From positions 3,337-67,336 of the forward strand of contig NZ_DATEJY010000222.1 of NCBI RefSeq assembly GCF_035277725.1: a stretch of 64,000 nt of DNA. The letters are read 5' to 3'. Numbering within the stretch: the stretch's first letter is position 1; each line of letters begins with the position of its first letter. The notes under the pieces are model-generated. The model was not told where the DNA came from, searched no databases, and saw only the letters and a program-made list of their open reading frames with translations. This stretch comes from Dyella sp. GTDB lineage: Bacteria > Pseudomonadota > Gammaproteobacteria > Xanthomonadales > Rhodanobacteraceae. Shown here piece after piece: positions 26,886 through 36,400 of the stretch. The translations under genes and the position numbers were made by a program.

Positions 26886-28256
26886 CTACTCGCCCGCAAT
26901 CGTCATGCGATCGATCAGGATCGAACCGGTCAGCAGGTGCGAGCGCCTGTCCACGTCCGCGCCCACCGCCACGATGCCGTTGTACATATCGCGCAGATTG
27001 GCAGCGATGGTGATCTCCTCGACCGGATAGGCGATTTCACCGTTCTCCACCCAGAAGCCCGCGGCGCCGCGCGAGTAGTCGCCGGTGATGGTGTTGACGC
27101 CCTGCCCCATCACCTCCGTCACCAGCAGCCCGGTACCGAGCCGGCGCAGCATGCCGCCGAAGTCGTCGGCAGCACCGCCATCGGCATGGCCCGGCTCGAC
27201 CACCAGGTTGTGGATGCCGCCGGCATTGCCCGTGGATGCCAGCCCCAGCTTGCGTGCGGAATAACTGCTCAGTACATAGCGTGCAAGCACGCCGTTCTCG
27301 ATCAGCACGCTGTCGCGCGTCGCAACACCTTCCGCATCGAAGGCACCCGAGCCTTGTCCGCCCAGTAGATGCGGGCGCTCCACAATGTTCAGCCAGGTCG
27401 GCATGACTTGCTTGCCGGCGTGGTCCAGCAGGAAGCTCGCGCGGCGATACAGCGCGCCGCCACTGACCGCGCCAACCAAATGACCGATCAATCCACGCGC
27501 AATCTCCGGCGAAAACAGCACTGCTGACTGGCGCGTCGACAAACGCCGGGCACCTACGCGGGCAAGCGTGCGCTCGGCGGCGGTATCGCCCAACACCCGC
27601 GCGCTCATGAAATCGTTGGCGCTGCGCACGCTGTCATACCAGTAATCGCGCTGCATGCCCGCTTCATCGCCAGCGATCAAGGCCAGCGACAGCGAATGCC
27701 GCGTACCGCGTTCGCGCCCGATAAAGCCGTGCGAATTGGCATAGACGGACAAGCTCTCGCCCATCTGCACGCTGGCGCCATCGGAATTGGTGATGCCGGC
27801 ATGGGCGCGTCCGGCCGCCTCGATCTCCTGGCCCAACGCAATCGCCGCCGGGGTATCGATGGCCCACGGATGCCACAGGTCCAGATCGGGAAATTGCGTG
27901 GCCATGCGCGCGGCATCGGCCAGGCCAGCTGCCGCGTCTTCCTCCGTGTACTGCGCAATGGCGCAGGCCTGGTCCAGCGTGGCCTGGATGGAATCCGCGT
28001 TCAGGTCAGCGGTACTGGCCGAACCTTTGCGCTTGCCGAAATACACCGTCAGGCCAAAACCGCGATCGCGCGTGTGCTCGACCGTTTCCACCTCGCCCAG
28101 GCGCACGTTGACGTTGAGGCCGGCGTCGATGCTGGCCGACACCTCCGCCTGGGTGGCGCCGGCGGCACGGGCGCGGCGGATCACGTCTTCGGCCAGCTCG
28201 GCCAAACGGTCGAGTTCGCGCTGGCTGGTGTCCTGACTGATGGCAACGTCGCTCAC
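26886..28256 (-). CDS. pmbA: metalloprotease PmbA (TldE)
   Basis: 456 aa from a GTG preceded by AGGAAG (6-nt spacer). Collinear with the PmbA/TldD family. Divergent from yjgA as in E. coli. Confidence 0.93.
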   Translation of the reverse strand: MSDVAISQDTSQRELDRLAELAEDVIRRARAAGATQAEVSASIDAGLNVNVRLGEVETVEHTRDRGFGLTVYFGKRKGSASTADLNADSIQATLDQACAIAQYTEEDAAAGLADAARMATQFPDLDLWHPWAIDTPAAIALGQEIEAAGRAHAGITNSDGASVQMGESLSVYANSHGFIGRERGTRHSLSLALIAGDEAGMQRDYWYDSVRSANDFMSARVLGDTAAERTLARVGARRLSTRQSAVLFSPEIARGLIGHLVGAVSGGALYRRASFLLDHAGKQVMPTWLNIVERPHLLGGQGSGAFDAEGVATRDSVLIENGVLARYVLSSYSARKLGLASTGNAGGIHNLVVEPGHADGGAADDFGGMLRRLGTGLLVTEVMGQGVNTITGDYSRGAAGFWVENGEIAYPVEEITIAANLRDMYNGIVAVGADVDRRSHLLTGSILIDRMTIAGE

Positions 28257-28358
28257 TTGGGGCTTCCTGTTGGGTACGTGGATACAATAGGCAGACGTGG
28301 GGCCGCCCAGACCCATTGCCAATGTCCGAAACGTCACAGGTTGCCATAGGAGCGGCCC

Positions 28359-28610
28359 ATGTCCATAGCCACCGGCATCTACCGTCATTACAAAGGCCAG
28401 AGTTACCGCGTGATCGGCACCGCCCGTCACAGCGAAACCATGGAAGAGCTGGTCGTCTATCAAGCCCTGTACGGCGACTACGGCCTGTGGGTGCGCCCTG
28501 CCACCATGTTCGCCGAAACGGTGGAGCTGGAAGGCGAACCCATTCCCCGCTTCGCCCTGATCGAAGCCATGCCGGCCGAATTCACCCAGGCCGACCGGAA
28601 CATCCCGTGA
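28359..28610 (+). CDS. DUF1653-like small protein
   Basis: 83-aa ORF; YRHYKGQSYRVIGTARHSETMEELVVYQALYGDYGLWVRPATMF matches the DUF1653 pattern as I recall it. Confidence 0.75.
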   Translation: MSIATGIYRHYKGQSYRVIGTARHSETMEELVVYQALYGDYGLWVRPATMFAETVELEGEPIPRFALIEAMPAEFTQADRNIP

Positions 28611-29128
28611 ACCGCACTTACACCGACGATCCCGAACACGACTACGGCCCTACCCGCACGCAGCAGCGGCGCGATGCGCTGGCGGTGCTGGCGTTCGCTT
28701 CACAGCTGGCCGAATTGCCACCCTCGAAACTGGCGCGTGCGAACTTGCCGGACGACGTGCTGCGCGAAATCGACAACCTCAAGCGCATCACGTCGCACAT
28801 CGCCCGCAAACGCCAGCTGGGTTTTCTGGCCAAGGTGATGCGGAGGCATGACGATGAAGCGTTCGACGGCGCGCGTGCGCTGCTGGGTGAAAACCGCGAG
28901 CAGCAGCGCAAGGAAACCGCCGCCATGCATCGCCTGGAAGCGCTGCGCGAACGCCTGCTGGAGAACGACGACACTCTGCAGGCATTGATCGACCAACATC
29001 CCGATGTCGATCGGCAGCACATGCGCTCATTGATTCGCCAGGCACGCATCGAGCGCGACGGCAACAAACCGCCACGCGCCTATCGCGAAATTTTCCAGCT
29101 GCTGAAGACGCTGAACGAAGACGCGTAA
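28607..29128 (+). CDS. yjgA: ribosome-associated protein YjgA (DUF615 / DarP)
   Basis: GTG at 28607 overlaps the DUF1653 stop (GTGA). ...RDALAVLAFASQLAELPPSKLARANLPDDVLREIDNLKRITSHIARKRQLGFLAKVMR... is collinear with YjgA. The longer 270-aa ORF overlaps the DUF1653 gene in another frame. Confidence 0.85.
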   Translation: MNRTYTDDPEHDYGPTRTQQRRDALAVLAFASQLAELPPSKLARANLPDDVLREIDNLKRITSHIARKRQLGFLAKVMRRHDDEAFDGARALLGENREQQRKETAAMHRLEALRERLLENDDTLQALIDQHPDVDRQHMRSLIRQARIERDGNKPPRAYREIFQLLKTLNEDA

Positions 29129-29180
29129 CACGTCGGTTGCCATGAAACCGCATGCCCTCTGATCCGTCGCCCGGCGACCA

Positions 29181-29304
29181 CCGGGGCCCGGTGTCTTTGC
29201 TTTTGGCATCTGAAAAAGTCGCTGAACTCCGGTGCGAACCCCAGCGTCGCAACACGATCGCAAGATTACGATGTTGGAGTTCGCATGCGCCCACTCCAAT
29301 CTAC
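29181..29304. repeat. conserved box plus degenerate GTAG REP pair
   Basis: CCGGGGCCCGGTGTCTTTGCTTTTGGCA (also at 17761-17790), followed by a decayed REP pair GAACTCCGGTGCGAACCCCAGCG...ATGTTGGAGTTCGCATGCGCCCACTCCAATCTAC. Confidence 0.55.
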
Positions 29305-30471
29305 ACGGTCGGATTCGGCTTTCTGCGTAAATGATTCATCACCTAATTGCGCGTGATAAAACGCCAGCGCGGGTTCGTGCCGGCCAAACGTCATGGTGGT
29401 CTGCACGCGCGCTTCATAGCCGCGCTGCATGTCTTCCGCCACGGCCAGGTCTTCCTCTACCACCGTGCGAATCAGCAGCTCCATATTGCGACGCCAATGC
29501 TCGCGTGCCGAATCCGTTCGCGCGGGCTCGGGCGTATACAGCGAAGCCTCGGCAACGCACTCGCCCGGCGCGCCGTTCTTGTTCGGAAAAACACGCCATA
29601 TCTCCAGGTGATCGCCTTGCCAGTTGACCAGCGTGTTTGGAAACAGCACGTAAAGCACGACACTGTGTTTCAGCAGGTCCCATTCCGATTCGGGCTGTGC
29701 GCGTAATTGAAGTACCGAACGGCGCGGATAAACCACACGCACATGCGGCCCGAAACGATCGGCGAGGCCAACGCCGGAAAGAAAAATGGGCGCAATGCTC
29801 TGTCGATGCAGCACGTTGAAATGCCAGCTTTCCAGAAAGCCGTCGATCACCAGTTTCCAATTCGTGCGCGCGTGCAGCACCTTGGTTTCGAAGTGGGAAA
29901 AGCCGGAGAAACCGTATGCTGCCAGCTCCGCGTCCAAATCGGCGAACAATCGCGTTTCGTCGATGTGCGCGCCAGCCTTCGGCAACACCCAGACCAGGCC
30001 ATGCCGCTCGACCACCGGCAGGCGCACCAACCCATAGCCATACCGATGCAGGCCGGCGAAACCATCACGCGGCACGAGATTGCGCAGGTGTCCTCCCAGG
30101 TCATAACACCATCCATGAAACGGACATACAAAGGCTCGCGCATCGCGCCCACAGCCACTCGCCAAGCGCGCGCCGCGATGGCGGCACAGGTTGGCAAAGG
30201 CATGCAGCCGACCTTCGCCATCGCGCGTCAGCAGCAGAGGAACAAAGCCGAGATCATCCGTCACGTAGTCGCCTGGTGCGGCCACATGACTGCCATGGGT
30301 GACCAGTAACGGATAACGGGAAAACAAGTATTCGCGTTCCCACGCCAAACGCGCAGCGCTGATATACGCCTCAGTCGATTGCTGCCAGCACGCATCATTC
30401 AACTGTGTGCCGCCGCTATCGATCAACTCGAACAACCGATGCAACAGGGCCATTTGCGTACGGCGTTCCAT
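29266..30471 (-). CDS. Rieske [2Fe-2S] aromatic-ring-hydroxylating oxygenase, alpha subunit-like
   Basis: Rieske motif CRHRGARL...CPFHGW plus a C-terminal catalytic-domain-like region. Start taken at the ATG preceded by GGAGAA (30471). The last ~15 codons run into the degenerate REP. Confidence 0.85.
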   Translation of the reverse strand: MERRTQMALLHRLFELIDSGGTQLNDACWQQSTEAYISAARLAWEREYLFSRYPLLVTHGSHVAAPGDYVTDDLGFVPLLLTRDGEGRLHAFANLCRHRGARLASGCGRDARAFVCPFHGWCYDLGGHLRNLVPRDGFAGLHRYGYGLVRLPVVERHGLVWVLPKAGAHIDETRLFADLDAELAAYGFSGFSHFETKVLHARTNWKLVIDGFLESWHFNVLHRQSIAPIFLSGVGLADRFGPHVRVVYPRRSVLQLRAQPESEWDLLKHSVVLYVLFPNTLVNWQGDHLEIWRVFPNKNGAPGECVAEASLYTPEPARTDSAREHWRRNMELLIRTVVEEDLAVAEDMQRGYEARVQTTMTFGRHEPALAFYHAQLGDESFTQKAESDRVDWSGRMRTPTS

Positions 30472-30501
30472 GCGTTTCTCCGCGTCAACGGAAAACCATC
30501 G

Positions 30502-30541
30502 CCACAAAGAAAATGCGGCAGCGTCGCCATGACGCTGCCGC
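30502..30541 (-). terminator. intrinsic terminator downstream of tldD
   Basis: 11-bp stem GCGGCAGCGTC / GACGCTGCCGC with loop GCCAT, followed on the minus strand by ATTTTCTTTG. Confidence 0.6.
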
Positions 30542-30635
30542 TGCGTGGCGGTCGCACAGAAACTAAGAACAGGTGCGTAATGTCACCGTCAAAACACAAG
30601 AAAGAAGTGCTTAGGCACTCCGTGCCACTTACAAA

Positions 30636-32075
30636 CTATGACGCCGTACCACCCACCGTCATGCTCTCCACGCGCAACGTCGGCTGGCCCACACCCACCG
30701 GCACGCTCTGTCCATCCTTGCCGCATACGCCGATGCCTTCATCCAGGGCGAGATCGTTGCCGATCATCGACACGCGCGTGAGCACATCCGGGCCGCTGCC
30801 GATCAAGGTGGCGCCTTTCACCGGCGTGGTGACCTTGCCGTCTTCGATCAGGTAAGCCTCGCTGGCGGAGAACACGAACTTGCCGTTGGTGATGTCCACC
30901 TGGCCACCGCCGAAGTTCACCGCATACAGGCCCTTCTTCACCGAACGGATGATTTCCTGCGGATCGTGCTGGCCGGCCAGCATGTAGGTGTTGGTCATGC
31001 GCGGCATCGGCAGTTGCGCGAAGGATTCGCGGCGGCCGTTGCCGGTTGGCGCCATGCCCATCAGGCGTGCGTTGAGCTTGTCCTGCATGTATCCCTTGAG
31101 AATGCCGTCCTCGATCAGGGTGGTGCAGGAGGTAGGCGTGCCTTCGTCGTCCACACTCAGCGAGCCGCGGCGGCCCGGCAAGGTGCCGTCATCCACCACG
31201 GTGACGCCCGGCGCGGCAACGCGCTGGCCAATGCGCCCGGCAAAGGCGGAACTGCCCTTGCGGTTGAAGTCGCCTTCCAGGCCATGGCCAATCGCTTCGT
31301 GCAACAACACGCCGGGCCAGCCGGGGCCCAGCACCACGGTCATGGTGCCGGCGGGCGCGTCGACTGCGTCCAGGTTGACCAAGGCCTGGCGCACGGCTTC
31401 TTCCGCAAAGGCGTGCGCGCGGCCATTTTCAAGCAACTCACGATAGCCATAGCGACCGCCACCGCCCGCATAGCCTTGTTCGCGGCGGCCGTTCTGCTCG
31501 GCGATCACCTGCACGGACAAGCGCACCAGCGGGCGTACGTCGGCGGCCAGGGTGCCGTCGGAACCGGCGATCAGCACGGTATCGAGCGTGGCGTTGATGC
31601 TGACGATCACCTGCTTGACGCGCGGGTCGCGCGAGCGCGCGTAGGCATCCACTTCGCGCAGCACGGCGATCTTCTCGGGATTGGGCAGGCTCTCCACCGG
31701 ATCGATCGCCGGATAAAGCGACTTCACGCCATTCACCGCCAACGGCCTGCCCGCGCCATGGCCCCCCTGCGCGATCGCCCGCGCGGCCTTGGATGCTTCC
31801 AGCAGCTGCGGCAGCACGATCTCGTCGGAATACGCAAAACCGGTCTTCTCGCCGCTGATGGCGCGCACGCCCACGCCCTGTTCGATGGAGTGGCTGCCGT
31901 CCTTGACGATGCCCTCTTCCAGCACCCAGGACTCGCTGCGCGAATGCTGGAAGTAAAGATCGGCGGCGTCGATGGACGGCCCCATCAGCTGGGTGAACAC
32001 GCGCTCAAGGTCGCCGGTGGCCAGCCCGCCGGGGGTAAGCAAGCGATTTTCGGCCTGGGCGATAAGGGAGTTCAT
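30636..32075 (-). CDS. tldD: metalloprotease TldD
   Basis: [13 protein letters not shown]... about 479 aa with the [11 protein letters not shown] zinc motif. Collinear with TldD. The ORF's first codon (32111) is TTG, so the ATG at 32075 is preferred. Confidence 0.95.
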   Translation of the reverse strand: MNSLIAQAENRLLTPGGLATGDLERVFTQLMGPSIDAADLYFQHSRSESWVLEEGIVKDGSHSIEQGVGVRAISGEKTGFAYSDEIVLPQLLEASKAARAIAQGGHGAGRPLAVNGVKSLYPAIDPVESLPNPEKIAVLREVDAYARSRDPRVKQVIVSINATLDTVLIAGSDGTLAADVRPLVRLSVQVIAEQNGRREQGYAGGGGRYGYRELLENGRAHAFAEEAVRQALVNLDAVDAPAGTMTVVLGPGWPGVLLHEAIGHGLEGDFNRKGSSAFAGRIGQRVAAPGVTVVDDGTLPGRRGSLSVDDEGTPTSCTTLIEDGILKGYMQDKLNARLMGMAPTGNGRRESFAQLPMPRMTNTYMLAGQHDPQEIIRSVKKGLYAVNFGGGQVDITNGKFVFSASEAYLIEDGKVTTPVKGATLIGSGPDVLTRVSMIGNDLALDEGIGVCGKDGQSVPVGVGQPTLRVESMTVGGTAS

Positions 32076-32213
32076 GGATGTGGGCCTGTTTGAATGAAGC
32101 GGTTTGGTCAATCTGGGGTTAGACCGGCCAGTTTAAAACCCATGCGGCATGCGGTCGACGATGCCGCTACGATAAAACCAACGATGGCCACCCACCGCAC
32201 GTGAAGGAACACC

Positions 32214-33425
32214 ATGACCGAGACCTCCAAGCCGGAACTGCTGGACAAGCTCATCGACCGAACGCTGAAGACACCGGTCGAGGAAACCCGCGAACTGCTG
32301 CGCAGCGACGGCGAGCTGAAACCCGGCCAGGGCACGGTCAGCAGCGTGATCGCCCTTTCGCTCGGCATCCTGTGCCTGCTCGCCGTGCTGGCCTTCCACT
32401 TTCCGCAGTACCTGACCACACCGGATCTGCGCCACAAATATTCAGTCGATGTGTTGCGCCAGTTGTTGCTGGTAGGTCTGCTGGTCGCCGGCGGTTTGTC
32501 CTTGGCCAATGTGATCCTGGGACGGCGGCGCGAGATCAGCATCGTCGCGTTCGCGTGCGTGGTGCTTGCCACCGCATTGGGTGGATCGCGCGTGCCGGTG
32601 GGCACCTTTCCCGATCACACGCCGTATATCGGGCTGGACTGGTTCATTCTGGACCTGCTTGGATCAACACTGATTTTCGTGGTGATCGAAAAACTCTTTC
32701 CGTTGTACAAGGGCCAAGCGGTCTTCCGGAAAGAATGGCAGACGGATCTGAAGCATTTCGCCGTCAATCACTTCATTGTCGGCCTGGCGCTGCTGACAGT
32801 GAACTTTCTGCTGCACCATTTGTTCGGCGGACTGCTCAACAGCACGTTCCAGCACTACGTGCAGCACATTTCCTTCTTGCCGCAGTTGCTGCTGTGCATT
32901 CTCGTCGCCGACCTGGCGCAGTACTGGACGCACCGCGCCTACCACGAGGTGCCATTCCTGTGGCGCTTCCATGCCGTGCATCACAGCGTGAAAACCATGG
33001 ACTGGCTGGCCGGTTCGCGCCAACACATGCTTGAATTGATCGCCACGCGCGTCTGCGTACTCGCTCCGTTGTATGTGCTCGGCTTCAGCGAAGCAGTGAT
33101 GAATGCCTACATCATCGTGGTCGGCTTCCAGGCGGTGTTCAATCACGCCAACGTGCATGTGCCGTGGGGACCGCTCAAGTACCTCTTGGTGACGCCGAAT
33201 TTCCATCACTGGCATCACGCGTCCGACGACGAAGCGATCGATCGCAACTACGCCGCCCACTATGCGTTTCTCGATTACCTGTTCGGCACCGCCGTCGCGT
33301 CCAGCAAGAAATTTCCCGAGAAGTATGGCGTGGTTGGCGATTACATGCCCGACGGTTTCGTTCGGCAGCAGTTGTTTCCCTTCCGCGGCAGCACGAAGCC
33401 GGTGGAGCCGAACAGCGCCGCCTAA
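32214..33425 (+). CDS. fatty acid hydroxylase / sterol desaturase family membrane protein
   Basis: N-terminal TM segments then histidine boxes WTHRAYHE, HAVHHS and FHHWHH, characteristic of the di-iron FA hydroxylase superfamily. Confidence 0.85.
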   Translation: MTETSKPELLDKLIDRTLKTPVEETRELLRSDGELKPGQGTVSSVIALSLGILCLLAVLAFHFPQYLTTPDLRHKYSVDVLRQLLLVGLLVAGGLSLANVILGRRREISIVAFACVVLATALGGSRVPVGTFPDHTPYIGLDWFILDLLGSTLIFVVIEKLFPLYKGQAVFRKEWQTDLKHFAVNHFIVGLALLTVNFLLHHLFGGLLNSTFQHYVQHISFLPQLLLCILVADLAQYWTHRAYHEVPFLWRFHAVHHSVKTMDWLAGSRQHMLELIATRVCVLAPLYVLGFSEAVMNAYIIVVGFQAVFNHANVHVPWGPLKYLLVTPNFHHWHHASDDEAIDRNYAAHYAFLDYLFGTAVASSKKFPEKYGVVGDYMPDGFVRQQLFPFRGSTKPVEPNSAA

Positions 33426-36400
33426 TGCGCGGCGCTTGAAGCGGATGCCGGTGGCGCAGACGACGAACTGCTCGCCGGCGCATCCGGTGTTGAAGATCCT
33501 ACCGAGGTAAACACCGGCTTATCCCAGCTGCCGGTGATGTGATAGCGCTTGATGGCGACGTGGTTGAGCCCCTTGCCCAGCACGCTCTGCACGGCAAAAC
33601 CCGCCGCCGCGCCGATCGGCCCGCCGACTACCGCGCCCACCACCGGCAGGCTGTTGCCGATGTGCGGAATCACCACCATCTGCTGGTCGTAATCCTTGTT
33701 GCGCAAGCCGGTGCGTCCTTTGACGGTGATCTCCGCCGCGGAGCCGTGGATCTTAAGATTGTCGGTATACGCGCTGCCATCGCTCAGCTTGAAATCGCCT
33801 TTGATCAGGTCGAAGCCGAAGCCTTTGCCGAACACGTCGTTGAAATCGAACGACAGACGGCGCGGCAACTCCGCGATCGATGCCAAGCCGAACAGGCGGC
33901 CGACACCGGGCGATGCTTTCGGGATGCTGCCGTTGGTAACGTCCACGGCAAGCGTGCCATCCATATTGCCCAGCTCGAACGCCCACGGGCCGCCGGGCCA
34001 CGTAGCGTTGAGCACGTCGTGCGTTTTGCCGCCGTCGAAGATGCCGGCGAAACCGAACGCGGTGAGCATCTCGCCCAGGTTGTTGGCACTGAAATCCACT
34101 TGCAGATGCGTGCTGCTCTTGGTCGGCGTGCCGTTCCAGTCGCCGCTGCCGCTGACCTGCACGTGGTGCGATTGCGTGGAAAGCTGATCGATATGCATGC
34201 CATCGGGCGTCGGCCAGGTTTCCAAACGTGCTTCGCCGAGCTTGGCGTCATCCAGCCGCAGATCGTTCACCCAGAAATGCAGCGGCGGCATGCTGTGCGG
34301 ATCGATGCCGGTATTGGCCGGATCGGTCGCCGGCGGCGGTGCTTCACCCGGCTTTTTGGCCAGCGTCGGTTGCTTGGGCCAGTACATGCGTTGCAGGCGC
34401 GCGGTGATGCCGCGCTTGTTGAGATCCACCGTCGGCACGCTGAAGTGGCCGGCGGCCGCGGCGCTGTCCACGTCCAGTTCCAAGGTGTCAGCCTTCGGTG
34501 CCGCCGTCACATGCATGTGCGCAAAATCGCGGCCGAACACTTCGGCATGTTCCGTGTTGACATCGATGGTTTCCAGGCTCATGCCATTACCGCTGGCACC
34601 GCCGGCGATCGATTGCTTCACCCAGCCGGTAACATCCAGTTCCGGTGCATCGCCACGAATACGCATGCCTTTGGCCGGCAGGGTATCGGCATCCGGCATT
34701 TGATCGCCGAACACAAACGTGGCGGCCAGGGGCGATGCTTCGCCATTCGATAGTCGCAGCCGGCCTCGCGCTACCGATCCCAGCGCCAACTGCATGGGGG
34801 CGCCGGCTGTCGGCACACCCAACGTGACATGCAAAGGCAGCTCGCCATCCGCCGGTTTGCTCAGCGGCACCGGGAAATTGAGCGCCACGCCGGACAGCGG
34901 CGAATCGATGCTGAGCGTCTGGACGTCCGAAACACCATCGTCACCATGCGCAATCTGGTAGCCGATATTGAATTGGCTGCGCCCATCGGCGATGTCGCCC
35001 AGCCACTTCAACTGCGGATAATCCTGCAGCAATTCCTGCACGGTGTAGCTGCCGTTGATCTTCGCAGCCAGCACCACATTGGGGTTGGCGGTCGCACTGG
35101 CGATCGCCAGATCCACCTGCGTCGGCTCGCCATGGAAACCACCAGCGAGCGGTCCGGCATGGAAGCCATGCGCATCGAACGTGGCCGGGCCATTGAGCTT
35201 GTCGAGCTGCAATTTCCAATCCGGCGCACTGAGATCGACGTCCTTGAACTGCGCCGTGCCATCGAGCAGAAAGTTGTGCATCTCGTGCGTCGGCAGCGAC
35301 AGATGGAAATCGAAGTTGCCGGTGCCGCCCAGCTGCAGTTTGGCCAACACGTCGGCGTGCTTGTTGGCGATCGGGCTGTTGCCGACGAAGTTGAGCAAGT
35401 CCGATGCATTGCCCTCGCCGCTGACATTGAGATCGAGCACGGTATGGCCCAGCTCGGGAATCACCCCCACCGCACGCGTGACCTTGACGCCCATCGCTTC
35501 ACCGGTCGCCTCCACCAGCATGCCGGCGTCGATGAAGTTGGCCGTGGCTTGTACGTGATCCGCCACGGGCCAGCTCTTGCCGTAGGCCAGCGTGAGATCG
35601 CTGATATCGGCGCGCGCCTCGAACCGGCCTTCGTTGTGATGGAACGGCCAGTTCGCCAGACTGCCGCGCACCACGACGGCCGCATCGTCGATACGGCCGG
35701 ACACGAACGCCTGGTCCAGCCATCCTATCGCGTGCGGGTTCAAGGAATCGATGGGCCAGAACTGCTTGGCCGCTGTGATATCCGCGTGCGTGAGCGCCAG
35801 ATACACATCAAGGAACGGACGCCCGCCGTCGGCAGGCAAAGCGATTTCACCCTGCGCATTGCCGCCAAAACCCTGGCCTTCGAAGTCCAGCTTCGCGATG
35901 CCGATGTGCGTGGCATCGTCATCGCGCCATGCGGCCATGATGCCGCCCAGCTGGCTCATGACGAAGGGCCCGCGGAACGTGTGCGGATCGTTGATGGTGG
36001 CGGTTTGCGTGGGCAATTCCAGCGAAACGGATTCGGCATCGCCGCGCACTTCGCCTTGCAGATGATCCAGGCCAGGCAGTTTGTCGACGGCGGTGATGCC
36101 GAGATTGTCGAACGCGGCGTCCAAGGTATTCAGCCCGGCCGCCGCGTTCCAGTGAAATACCGCGCGCTCGATCTGCCCGTGCGGCGCGCCTGCACCCAGC
36201 CATTGCGCCAGGCCTGGCGACAGACCCGGCTTCAAACCCAGCCAAGGCATCAGCGGCGCCAGCTGCAATTTACTGGCGACGGCGCGGATATCGGATTGCG
36301 GTGTGCCGAAGTGGTCCACGTCCACTTTCATGGCGCCGCCGTCGTGGTCGGCCCAACGCACGGTGTAGCCGCCCTCGTGACGGCCAAGTTCGGCCAAGCC

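Noticed and set aside
26188-27030. 280-aa plus-strand ORF running through the REP pair and antisense to the DUF4870 gene and the pmbA 3' end
   Set aside because: It begins in the xseB pseudogene/REP region and is antisense to two better-supported genes. Its composition is implausible.
28316-28606. N-terminal extension of the yjgA ORF (270 aa)
   Set aside because: It overlaps the DUF1653-like gene in a different frame. YjgA homology only begins near 28607, where a GTG overlaps the upstream stop.
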